A DNA stretch of 64,000 nucleotides from Candidatus Planktophila sp. (GTDB taxonomy: Bacteria > Actinomycetota > Actinomycetes > Nanopelagicales > Nanopelagicaceae): positions 7,067 through 71,066 of the forward strand of contig SHVF01000002.1 in the NCBI GenBank assembly GCA_009691135.1, written 5' to 3'. Position 1 is the stretch's first letter. Each line of letters begins with the position of its first letter. Positions 11,293-20,253 of this stretch are shown here, in pieces. A program made the position numbers and the translations under genes. A model generated the notes under the pieces. That model saw only the letters and a program-made list of their open reading frames with translations. It was not told where the DNA came from and did no database searches.

Positions 11293-12526
11293 GCGAATAT
11301 CAATCGCTTTAACTATTGCGTTTTTATTTTCCAGCTTTCCAAATTCAGCTCAAGCTATCGACGTTCCCGCTAAATTTTCTTTTTCCGGAAGTGGCTATGG
11401 CCATGGCGTGGGCATGAGTCAGATTGGTGCACGCGCTAAGGCTTTAGCTGGAGAGTCAGCCACTTCAATTTTGAATTATTACTACACCGGTACTTCGGTA
11501 GAAACCACAACTGATACGCAAATCTTGCGTGTCAATATTGGGCATTTGCTTACCTCGGCAAAAATCAAGAGCGATTCGCTCGGGGCTACATTTAATTTGT
11601 ATGCGGGGGATGTTTCAGAGACCGCTTCTGTGACTTCTATTTTGAATTATCCAAGCAAGACATCTCTCAACGTGATTCTAAGGGGTGGTGAGATTTCGAT
11701 TTCCACAACTCGTGGAACTAAGACGACCCAGATTGCAGTTGGGCCTATTTTCACCTTGAGATGGAGTGGCACTCGATATCAAGAGGGCCCACCAGCAATT
11801 CTTTCGGTTACGACTAATGGAGTAGTAAATAGATACCGGTACGGTCAAATGCAGTTTAAAGTGATTAAAGATAAATTAGTAGGAAAACGTTTAGAGATAA
11901 TAAATTCAGTGAGATTGCAAGATGAATATTTGTGGGGGATAAGCGAAGTTCCTTCTTCTTGGCCACAGGCCGCTTTGCAGGCACAGGCCATAGCATCCCG
12001 CACATACGCGATCGCTAAAGCGGTTCGCATTCGCACCGCATGTGATTGTCATTTATATGCCTCAATTAGCGATCAAACATTTGCTGGCTATAGCAAAGAA
12101 GGCGAACCGAAATTTGGTGAAATCTGGAAAAGCGCCGTCAATTCAACAGCAGGGCAAATTATTACCTTTGCAGGATTGCCAATCACTGCTTATTTCTCTT
12201 CATCTAGCGGCGGCATAACTGAAACTTCTGAACATGCTTGGGGTACGGCTACTCCCTACACACAAAGCGTTTTGGATACAGCCAGCGTTGATGTGGCGCT
12301 AAATCCGAGATTTGCAACTTGGACTAGAGAAATTCCCCAGTCAATAATTGCAGCAGCCTTTGTGTTAAGTGATGTTGCGACGTTGCAAGTGTTATCTCTA
12401 AATCCAGCAGGTACGGTTGCAATGATTCAAGCAACCTCGTCAACGGGAAAAACGGCGGCGCTAAGTGGTGAAACCTTTAGAAGCAGAAGTAAGTTACCTT
12501 CTGCTTATTTTTCAATCCTTGGCTAG
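11285..12526 (+). CDS. Secreted SpoIID/LytB-domain protein (lytic transglycosylase-like)
   Basis: Signal peptide; GYGHGVGMSQ, EYLWG..EVPSSW and AQAIASRTYA motifs. Confidence 0.88.
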   Translation: MYKRISIALTIAFLFSSFPNSAQAIDVPAKFSFSGSGYGHGVGMSQIGARAKALAGESATSILNYYYTGTSVETTTDTQILRVNIGHLLTSAKIKSDSLGATFNLYAGDVSETASVTSILNYPSKTSLNVILRGGEISISTTRGTKTTQIAVGPIFTLRWSGTRYQEGPPAILSVTTNGVVNRYRYGQMQFKVIKDKLVGKRLEIINSVRLQDEYLWGISEVPSSWPQAALQAQAIASRTYAIAKAVRIRTACDCHLYASISDQTFAGYSKEGEPKFGEIWKSAVNSTAGQIITFAGLPITAYFSSSSGGITETSEHAWGTATPYTQSVLDTASVDVALNPRFATWTREIPQSIIAAAFVLSDVATLQVLSLNPAGTVAMIQATSSTGKTAALSGETFRSRSKLPSAYFSILG

Positions 12527-12530
12527 TTAA

Positions 12531-13469
12531 TTAATTCGCATGCAGAATTGAGTTAAGCCCGCCCCATGTGCCGGTGCGCATTACAACTTCCAAAGATCCG
12601 TCTAAAGAATTTCGGCGAAATAAGAGATCGCTTGCCCCAGATAAAGTGCCGGCCTTAACAATTTCGCCATCTGGCAGGCGTACCTTTGCCGCCGCGGTGA
12701 TGTATGTACCGGCTTCGATTACACAGTTATTTCCGAGTGAAATACCCAGACCTGAGTTAGCACCGAGTAAACACTTTTCGCCAACTGAAATAACTTCTTT
12801 TCCGCCACCGCTGAGCGTTCCCATAATTGATGCGCCACCACCGACATCGCTGCCATCGCCGACCACGACACCTGAAGAAATGCGACCTTCAACCATAGAT
12901 GTTCCTAAAGTGCCAGCGTTAAAGTTAACAAATCCCTCGTGCATAACAGTTGTGCCAGATGCCAAATGCGCACCTAAACGAACTCGATCAGCATCAGCGA
13001 TACGTACACCAGATGGGATTACGTAATCAACCATACGTGGGAACTTATCAACGCCAAATACCGTGACATGGCCATATTTTGCGCGTAATGCAGCGCGCAC
13101 CGTTTCAAATCCTTCAACCGCGCATGGACCAGCGGATGTCCAAGCAACATTTGTTAACATCCCGAAGATTCCATCCATTACAGCGCCATGTGGCGCAATT
13201 AAACGGTGAGAAAGTAGATGAAGTCGTAGATAAGCATCAGCGGCACTTTGCGGTGCAACAGCTAGGTTAATTTCAATTGAAATAATCTCACGCGTTACTT
13301 TTCGGACATCATCTTTGCCAACCAGTGCGGTTAAAGTTTGATCAGGTTGACCAGTTAGTGCTCCAAGTGAAGGGCTAGGAAACCAAAGATCGAGAACTGT
13401 TGCGCCAGATAAAGTTGCAATTCCATGGCCCGAAGCCAATCCTGATGGAGATTTCGATAATGAAGACAT
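12531..13469 (-). CDS. dapD: Tetrahydrodipicolinate N-succinyltransferase
   Basis: YLRLHLLSHR, DKFPRMVDY and GGGASIMGTLSGG motifs (actinobacterial DapD). Confidence 0.95.
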   Translation of the reverse strand: MSSLSKSPSGLASGHGIATLSGATVLDLWFPSPSLGALTGQPDQTLTALVGKDDVRKVTREIISIEINLAVAPQSAADAYLRLHLLSHRLIAPHGAVMDGIFGMLTNVAWTSAGPCAVEGFETVRAALRAKYGHVTVFGVDKFPRMVDYVIPSGVRIADADRVRLGAHLASGTTVMHEGFVNFNAGTLGTSMVEGRISSGVVVGDGSDVGGGASIMGTLSGGGKEVISVGEKCLLGANSGLGISLGNNCVIEAGTYITAAAKVRLPDGEIVKAGTLSGASDLLFRRNSLDGSLEVVMRTGTWGGLNSILHAN

Positions 13470-13499
13470 GCGATAAGCCTAACCCCTATCCTTTGGCTC

Positions 13500-14033
13500 A
13501 TGCGTATCGCCGTCTATTGCTCCTCATCACAGACTATCGACCAGAAATATATTGAGTTAGCCCAAGACCTGGGGGCGGCAATTGCAGCACGTTCGTGGGA
13601 ACTCGTATCAGGTGGCGGACATATTTCTGCGATGGGAGCCGTCTCGCGCGGTGCTCGCCAATCTGGCGGACGAACGATCGGCGTAATTCCGCAACGACTA
13701 GTTGATATCGAATTTGCAGATAAAGAATGCGATGAACTGCATGTGGTTGACTCCATGCGCAGTCGCAAAGCAATGATCGAAGATCTATCTGATGCATTTA
13801 TTGCGATGCCGGGCGGTATCGGCACCCTAGAAGAGCTATTTGAAATTTGGGTGGGACGCTTCCTTAAATTTCACGATAAACCAGTGATTGTTTTAGATCC
13901 ATATGATTTATATGCACCACTTGCAACGCTGATTAATCATTTAGAAGAGCACGGTTTTGTAAAACCGGGACAACGCGAACTATTGCACTGGGCGCGAACC
14001 GTTGATGAAGCACTCGATATCGCAGCACAATAA
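13500..14033 (+). CDS. LOG family nucleotide phosphoribohydrolase (TIGR00730)
   Basis: PGGIGTLEE motif. Confidence 0.92.
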   Translation: MRIAVYCSSSQTIDQKYIELAQDLGAAIAARSWELVSGGGHISAMGAVSRGARQSGGRTIGVIPQRLVDIEFADKECDELHVVDSMRSRKAMIEDLSDAFIAMPGGIGTLEELFEIWVGRFLKFHDKPVIVLDPYDLYAPLATLINHLEEHGFVKPGQRELLHWARTVDEALDIAAQ

Positions 14034-14049
14034 AATGGGAAATCAATAA

Positions 14050-14505
14050 ATGGCTCACACAATTCGACTTAGCGTCAAACTGCCGTGTTCAAGATCTCGC
14101 GCGTGGAAAGCGATCGCTGATTGGGAGAGCCAAGGCGATTGGATGTTGCAGACAAAAGTTTGGGTGACTTCGCAAATTAATGAAGGCGTTGGCACATCTA
14201 TTTCAGCATTCACCGGACCGTTCTATAAAAGCTTTCCAAGATTTTCAAAGGTGGGCTTACTTGACACGATGGTTGTAACAAGTTGGCAACCACCAGTTCG
14301 CTGCGATGTTTTGCATACAGGTAAGATATTTAAAGGAACTGGTGCCTTCGAACTTATCGAAATTTCCCCAAACTCAACTCGCTTTAATTGGTCTGAAGGA
14401 ATTGAGTGTTCACGCACGAAATTTTTCGTGGTCTACCCATTTATGTGGCTTGGAGTTCGAATCTCTCTGGCTCGCCTTAAAGCAACGCTTGGCAGACCCG
14501 AGTAA
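14050..14505 (+). CDS. SRPBCC family protein
   Basis: W..IADWESQGDWM and WQPP.RC.V.HTG pattern of the actinobacterial SRPBCC protein found near LOG. Confidence 0.72.
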   Translation: MAHTIRLSVKLPCSRSRAWKAIADWESQGDWMLQTKVWVTSQINEGVGTSISAFTGPFYKSFPRFSKVGLLDTMVVTSWQPPVRCDVLHTGKIFKGTGAFELIEISPNSTRFNWSEGIECSRTKFFVVYPFMWLGVRISLARLKATLGRPE

Positions 14506-14515
14506 CCTTGAGTAT

Positions 14516-14710
14516 ATGAACGCGCCCCTTTCCTTGGCTGATGCCTTGGCGCAGTTGCCGGAGGAAGAGCGAATCATTTTGACCTTGCATTACTTAAGAT
14601 CGATGCCTAGCTATGAAATTGCTAAATTACTAGGGGTGCCTGAAAAATCGGTAATTGCAGTTATGGCATCAGGAAAAGGGCGAATTACCGCGTTACTTGG
14701 GTTGGGCTAG
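14516..14710 (+). CDS. Stand-alone sigma-70 region 4 HTH mini-protein (64 aa)
   Basis: ALAQLPEEERIILTLHYLRSMPSYEIAKLLGVPEKSV matches ECF sigma4. ATG 14516 follows TAACCT-N7. The longer ORF-track start overlaps the SRPBCC gene. Confidence 0.75.
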   Translation: MNAPLSLADALAQLPEEERIILTLHYLRSMPSYEIAKLLGVPEKSVIAVMASGKGRITALLGLG

Positions 14711-14823
14711 GGCGCCAGCCTGACTCGATTTCATACCTAGCCTGATTTGCGAGATACTTATCCTCTGCAATTATCAGTGTGGCAAGATTTGACCGCATCA
14801 TTCGCAACTAAGGAGTCTTCCCT

Positions 14824-15003
14824 ATGGCAGCCATGAAACCTCGAACTGGTGATGGACCGATGGAAGTAACCAAGGAAGCTCGCTCCCTAGTCATGAGAAT
14901 TCCACTCGAAGGCGGCGGACGTTTGGTTGTAGAACTAAATCCCCAAGAAGCCAACAACCTCAGCGCTGCCCTAGAAGCCGCTGTTGCCTTAATCAAGAAG
15001 TAA
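14824..15003 (+). CDS. DUF3117 family actinobacterial small protein (59 aa, not in ORF track)
   Basis: MAAMKPRTGDGPMEVTKEARSLVMRIPLEGGGRLVVEL; AAGGAG SD upstream. Confidence 0.92.
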   Translation: MAAMKPRTGDGPMEVTKEARSLVMRIPLEGGGRLVVELNPQEANNLSAALEAAVALIKK

Positions 15004-15011
15004 TTCAACTA

Positions 15012-15037
15012 AAAGTCGGCTGGCTAGCCGCGCTTTC
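15012..15037 (+). terminator. Possible terminator hairpin after DUF3117
   Basis: AAAGT-CGGCT-ggct-AGCCG-c-GCTTT stem-loop; weak U-tract. Confidence 0.35.
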
Positions 15038-15067
15038 CGAGCAATCAGTCGCTAGCCTTTGTCAATA

Positions 15068-16591
15068 ATGAATTCGAAAACGGCGATTAAACATTCTGCT
15101 TCCTTGCTCAGCGCTGTCGAAGTAAACGTTACTGCGCTCGCTGATTCTGCAGCAATTGCAATCGGATTTACAGCAAAATCAGAGGGTGATAAGCCAGTTT
15201 TTGATTTAGGGGCAAATGCGGTCTTAGTAAAGAAATTAGAAAAACTCTTTGAAGTTGATTTGCGTAGTGAACTCGAATTCTTCTCTGCAACAGGTAAGAC
15301 GGGAGAACTATTTGAAATCCCGGTTGCATCAAATCAGATGCAGGCAGATCGCATCCTGCTAATCGGTTTGGGGGATGCAACAACTGCTTCTTTGCGACAA
15401 GCGGGTGCGGCCCTTGGTCGTAGAGGCCGAGGAAAAGCAACTTTAATTTCCTCAATCTGTGTTGCCAGCCCCGATCAGTTGATGGCCTTTGCAATATCAG
15501 TACAACTCGGTGCCTATATTTGGACTCAGAAAACTGGCACAACTCAAGAATTGCCACAGTTCTTATTTGCAACAGATAAGCCAGAAGTCATAGACGATGC
15601 CAGCGTTATCGCCAGCGCGATCTCTCGCACTCGCGATTTAATTCATACCCCTTCCAATATAAAGACTCCTTTATGGATGGCCGATGAGGCGCAGAAGATT
15701 GCCCTCGAAAATGGCCTCGAGATAAAAATCTTGGCCGGAAAAGAGTTAGCCGAATTTGGGGGGCTGCGCGCAGTTGGAAATTCTTCACCAAAACCCGGAC
15801 CACGTTTTGTGGAAGTTACTTATCATCCGCGCGGAATGAAAGAGAATATAGGCACACTCCAGCATGTGGTTATTGTTGGAAAAGGAATTACTTTTGACAC
15901 TGGTGGCGTTTCTCTGAAACGTCCTTATGACACGATGATGGCGATGAAATCAGATATGGCTGGATCTGCCGCGGCACTTGGCGCAATCAGTGCGCTAAAC
16001 CACTTTCAACCGCAAGTGCACGTAACAGTGTTAATGATGTTGGCCGAAAATGCTCTCTCCGGAACATCGCAACGTCCCAGTGATGTCATCACACAATACG
16101 GTGGCAAGACTGTTGAAATTCTCGACACCGATGCCGAAGGCCGCTTAGTTTTGGCAGATGGCTTGGCTTATGCTGATAAGAATTTAGATCCAGATTACAT
16201 AATTGATATCGCAACGCTAACGGGATCGGCGACACTTGGTCTGGGTCGCCAGCATGCAGCGATGTATACGCGAGATGAAAAACTAGCTAAGAATTTTTAT
16301 GAAGCAGGAGAAAGATCTGGTGATCGAGTCTGGCATATGCCGCTAGTCGATGATTATTACGAGGCGCTGGAAAGTCCTATTGCAGATTTAAGTCACGTTA
16401 CATCGAAGAAGAAATTTAGCGCAGGCTCAATCACCGCGGCGCTTTTTCTCGAACAATTTGCCGGCGACCGCACCTGGGTTCACTTCGATATTGCCGGTGT
16501 TGCCCGAAGTGAAGGAGATGTTGGAGAAAATCCCAAAGGTGGTACTGGCTTTGGTGTTCGCTTACTAATTGAATGGCTGAGAACACTGTGA
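15068..16591 (+). CDS. pepA: Leucyl aminopeptidase (M17)
   Basis: VGKGITFDTGG, MKSDMAG, DTDAEGRL and HFDIAG motifs. Start could instead be TTG 15059. Confidence 0.94.
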   Translation: MNSKTAIKHSASLLSAVEVNVTALADSAAIAIGFTAKSEGDKPVFDLGANAVLVKKLEKLFEVDLRSELEFFSATGKTGELFEIPVASNQMQADRILLIGLGDATTASLRQAGAALGRRGRGKATLISSICVASPDQLMAFAISVQLGAYIWTQKTGTTQELPQFLFATDKPEVIDDASVIASAISRTRDLIHTPSNIKTPLWMADEAQKIALENGLEIKILAGKELAEFGGLRAVGNSSPKPGPRFVEVTYHPRGMKENIGTLQHVVIVGKGITFDTGGVSLKRPYDTMMAMKSDMAGSAAALGAISALNHFQPQVHVTVLMMLAENALSGTSQRPSDVITQYGGKTVEILDTDAEGRLVLADGLAYADKNLDPDYIIDIATLTGSATLGLGRQHAAMYTRDEKLAKNFYEAGERSGDRVWHMPLVDDYYEALESPIADLSHVTSKKKFSAGSITAALFLEQFAGDRTWVHFDIAGVARSEGDVGENPKGGTGFGVRLLIEWLRTL

Positions 16592-17217
16592 TGATAATTG
16601 ATCCACATACATATGCTGAAGGTTTTATACAAGAGGATGAAGTAAAGAAGTCAGCGCGCGCCCGTGGTGAAGAAATTGGCGCAATAGATACAACTTGCGG
16701 CACTGGCGCTTACTTAAAACATTTGGCTCACATTCTCTCTGCACAATCAGTAGTAGAAATAGGCACTGGCTCTGGCGTCGGTGCGCTTTGGGTATTAGAA
16801 GGAATGCTTGCTAGCGGCACTCTCACATTAATTGACGATGAGATGGAACATAGCAACGCTGCCAAACTTGCCTTTCAAAGCGCGGATATTGCAGCAGCAC
16901 GTTTTAGATTAATCACAAATCCAGTTATGGATGTAATGACGAAATTGGCGGATCGCGCATATGACTTAGTTATATTTCGCCACAATCCCGAAGACCTACC
17001 TGTTGCAATACACGAGGCACATCGCATTCTGCGAAGTGGTGGAGTTTTTGTGATTGATAATTTCTTTGGCGGTGAGAAAGTTTCTGATCCAGCTCAACGT
17101 GATCCCAAGACGGTGGCGCTGCGCGAGGCTGGGAAATCTATGAAAAATGAGACAGACCTCTGGGTGACTTCTCTCATACCTGTCGGTGATGGATTGTTAC
17201 TTGCAACGAAACTGTAG
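16573..17217 (+). CDS. SAM-dependent O-methyltransferase (Rv1220c-like)
   Basis: VVEIGTGSGVG motif and LIPVGDGLL C-terminus. Confidence 0.88.
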   Translation: MAENTVMIIDPHTYAEGFIQEDEVKKSARARGEEIGAIDTTCGTGAYLKHLAHILSAQSVVEIGTGSGVGALWVLEGMLASGTLTLIDDEMEHSNAAKLAFQSADIAAARFRLITNPVMDVMTKLADRAYDLVIFRHNPEDLPVAIHEAHRILRSGGVFVIDNFFGGEKVSDPAQRDPKTVALREAGKSMKNETDLWVTSLIPVGDGLLLATKL

Positions 17218-17229
17218 GAAGATGGGTTT

Positions 17230-18360
17230 ATGAGCACCTGGCAACCAACTGGTTCAAATGGACCTTGGTGGATTCCTGCAAGCAAGAACGGCAGAGCGAA
17301 TTTAATTACGCGCACCAACGCGATACTTCTTGCCTTTGTCGCAGGTCTTGTCGGAGCAATCTTTGGTGCATCATCGTCAGGATCTTTATTTGGGCAATCT
17401 ATAAATTTATCTAGAACTGCTAGTTCAATTGAACGAGCACCTGGTTCGGTTGCAGACATTGCAAAGCGTGTAATTCCATCAGTTGTATCGATCGAAGCTA
17501 GAGCCAAAGATGGTGGATCAACTGGTACCGGCTTTGTCATCGAGAGTAACGGTTACATCTTGACCAACAACCATGTAATTGCAGAAGCAGTTACTGGCAA
17601 GGGGGTTATAAATGTGATGCTAAATAACGGCCGAGAATATGTTGCAAAAGTTGTCGGGCGAGATTCCGCATACGATCTAGCGGTACTAAAGATTTCTACT
17701 ACTGGATTGACGGCGCTTCAATTTGGCGACAGCGATAAGGTTGCTGTGGGAGATTCAGTAATTGCAATCGGTTCACCACTTGGTCTATCGGGAACAGTAA
17801 CTTTAGGAATTATTAGCGCTAAAGATCGCGCCGTTACTGCAGGTGAAACGGGCAGTGATAACTCATTTATTAATGCTCTTCAAACAGATGCCGCAATTAA
17901 TCCTGGAAATTCGGGTGGCCCGCTAGTTGATTCAACTGGAGCAGTAATTGGCGTTAACTCTGCAATCGCAACACTGGGGTCGTCATTTGGTTCACAGAGC
18001 GGTTCTATAGGCCTTGGTTTTGCAATCCCAATCAACCAAGCACGCAAGACTGCTGATCAATTGATTAAAAATGGAAAAGCAACTTACCCAGTTCTGGGTA
18101 TCTCAATTGATATGAAGTATGAAGGCGATGGGGCTCTCATATCAAAGAACGCTAAGGCAATTTTGTCTGGCGGACCTGCGGCGTTAGCTGGACTTAAGGG
18201 TGGAGATATCATCACGAAATTTGATGGCCGAACAATTAATTCTGCAGAAGATCTAATTGTGGCAATCCGCGCAAAAAGTGTTGGCGACAAAGCAGTCCTT
18301 ACATATATTCGCAACAGCGTTACATCAACTGCCACTGTAACTTTGCAAGCCGGAAAGTAA
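17230..18360 (+). CDS. htrA: HtrA/DegP serine protease with PDZ domain
   Basis: LTNNHV, DLAVLK and INPGNSGGPL motifs; PDZ domain; one TM. Confidence 0.94.
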   Translation: MSTWQPTGSNGPWWIPASKNGRANLITRTNAILLAFVAGLVGAIFGASSSGSLFGQSINLSRTASSIERAPGSVADIAKRVIPSVVSIEARAKDGGSTGTGFVIESNGYILTNNHVIAEAVTGKGVINVMLNNGREYVAKVVGRDSAYDLAVLKISTTGLTALQFGDSDKVAVGDSVIAIGSPLGLSGTVTLGIISAKDRAVTAGETGSDNSFINALQTDAAINPGNSGGPLVDSTGAVIGVNSAIATLGSSFGSQSGSIGLGFAIPINQARKTADQLIKNGKATYPVLGISIDMKYEGDGALISKNAKAILSGGPAALAGLKGGDIITKFDGRTINSAEDLIVAIRAKSVGDKAVLTYIRNSVTSTATVTLQAGK

Positions 18361-18364
18361 AGCA

Positions 18365-18667
18365 ATGTTCTTTGACTTTGGCGCAGGTGAAATCCTTGGT
18401 CTAGCTTTGTTGGCCATAATTTTAGTAGGACCCGATCGCTTGCCCCATTTGGCGGTAGATGCAGCAAAGTTAATTAAGAAGATTCGCACAATGTCACAAA
18501 CTGCCACATCCGAATTGCGCAAGAACCTTGGGCCAGGATTTGAAGATTTGCAACCATCAGACCTTCACCCAAAGAAATTTATTAAAAAGCAAATAGCCAA
18601 TGCACTAGATGAAGATGGCGAAGAAAAGCCAAAATTTAAAGCCAAGATAGATCCTGATTTACTATGA
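18365..18667 (+). CDS. tatB: Twin-arginine translocase subunit TatB
   Basis: FDFGAGE...GPDRLP motif; htrA-tatB-mrp synteny. Confidence 0.9.
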   Translation: MFFDFGAGEILGLALLAIILVGPDRLPHLAVDAAKLIKKIRTMSQTATSELRKNLGPGFEDLQPSDLHPKKFIKKQIANALDEDGEEKPKFKAKIDPDLL

Positions 18668-19785
18668 CAACTATCGAGCTAATTAACGCTGCTCTTGCCA
18701 CAGTTTCAGATCCTGAGCTTCATCGACCGTTGCCCGATCTAGGCATGGTTGAATCGGTAGTAGTAAATGGCGCGGTAGCCGAACTCAAAATCTTATTGAC
18801 GATTTCTGGTTGTCCAATGCAAGATCGACTCCGCTCAGATATAACTGCAGCAGTTATTCAAGTTGCTGCAATCGATGAGGTAACTATTGTCTTCGGCGTA
18901 ATGTCAGAGGAACAACGAAATAATGTGAAGAAACTCTTGCGTGGCGGACGTGAAAAATTTATTCCCTTCGCTCAACCTGATTCGCTAACACGTGTTCTTG
19001 GCATCGCATCTGGCAAAGGTGGCGTCGGAAAATCTTCGCTCACTGCCAACTTGGCTATTTCAGCTGCGCGACGTGGCCTGCGAGTTGGAATTCTCGACGC
19101 CGATGTTTATGGACATTCGATTCCACGTTTAATGGGCTTGATGGGCCAACGTCCAACTGCAATCGATCAGATGTTTATTCCACTTGTGGCCTATGGTGTA
19201 AAAGTTGTTTCGATGGAGATGTTTAAACCCGAGCGCGCAGATGCAGTGGCTTATCGCGGTCCTTTGCTGCACCGAGTACTTGAACAACTCTTATCTGACG
19301 CTTACTGGGGTGACCTTGATCTTCTTTTAATTGATTTGCCACCGGGCACAGGTGATCTGGCAATTTCCTTAGGCCAGTTAATTCCAACGTCAGAAATTTT
19401 AGTGGTCACGACTCCGCAGATTGCTGCTGCAGAAGTCGCCGAGCGCGCTGGGCGAATCGCACACCAGATTCATCAGCGAGTAGTCGGCGTTATTGAAAAT
19501 ATGTCAGCATTTCCTTGCCCACATTGCAGCGATGAGATTTCCTTATTTGGGGATGGCGGAGGAGAAGAAACTGCGGCACGGTTATCAATTCTGGTCGGCA
19601 GTGAAGTACCACTATTAGGGAAAGTTCCGTTTAGCACTCAGTTGCGAACTGGAGGAGATGAAGGAAATCCTATTGTGATTGCGCAACCTGATTCACCGAG
19701 CGCATTAGCAATTACAGCAATTGCGGAAAAACTTATGGTGCGCAGCAATTCTTTACTTGGAGTCAGACTGGGGCTTAGTACTTAA
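18664..19785 (+). CDS. mrp: Mrp/ApbC Fe-S cluster carrier ATPase
   Basis: SGKGGVGKS, DLPPGTGD, ENM and CPHC motifs. Confidence 0.94.
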   Translation: MTTIELINAALATVSDPELHRPLPDLGMVESVVVNGAVAELKILLTISGCPMQDRLRSDITAAVIQVAAIDEVTIVFGVMSEEQRNNVKKLLRGGREKFIPFAQPDSLTRVLGIASGKGGVGKSSLTANLAISAARRGLRVGILDADVYGHSIPRLMGLMGQRPTAIDQMFIPLVAYGVKVVSMEMFKPERADAVAYRGPLLHRVLEQLLSDAYWGDLDLLLIDLPPGTGDLAISLGQLIPTSEILVVTTPQIAAAEVAERAGRIAHQIHQRVVGVIENMSAFPCPHCSDEISLFGDGGGEETAARLSILVGSEVPLLGKVPFSTQLRTGGDEGNPIVIAQPDSPSALAITAIAEKLMVRSNSLLGVRLGLST

Positions 19786-20253
19786 ATCTTTGACTAAGTC
19801 TTCTAATTCACTGCGAATAAAATCTCTGGTTGCCATTTCGCCGAGTGCAATGCGCAAGCTGGCAAGTTCGCGAGTCAGATATTCAGTATCAGCAATTGAC
19901 CGAGCGTTTTGTGCGCGATCTTCATTTAGCGAAATACGATCCCTGTCGGCTTGACGATTCTGTGCCAGCAAAATCAGAGGCGCCGCATACGAAGCTTGTA
20001 GAGACAAAATTAAAGTCAAGAAGATAAATGGAAAGTCATCAAAACGTAAATCGCGCGGTGCAAGTGAATTCCAGGCTACCCATGACATAACAAATACCGT
20101 CATGTAAACCAAGAAGCGAGCAGTACCTAAAAAGCGAGCAAAACGCTCAGACAAACGACCGAAAACTTCTGGATCATAATTTGGGCGTAGTGATCGACGA
20201 GATTCACGCGGGGTATCTAATCCGCTGTTACGGGATGTGATTGCACGTGCCAT
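19753..20253 (-). CDS. DUF1003 membrane protein
   Basis: PFIFLTLILSLQASYAAPLILLAQNRQ motif. Confidence 0.9.
   Translation of the reverse strand: MARAITSRNSGLDTPRESRRSLRPNYDPEVFGRLSERFARFLGTARFLVYMTVFVMSWVAWNSLAPRDLRFDDFPFIFLTLILSLQASYAAPLILLAQNRQADRDRISLNEDRAQNARSIADTEYLTRELASLRIALGEMATRDFIRSELEDLVKDLSTKPQSDSK

Noticed and set aside
14808-15008. 66-aa minus-strand ORF
   Set aside because: Antisense to the clearly recognisable DUF3117 gene.
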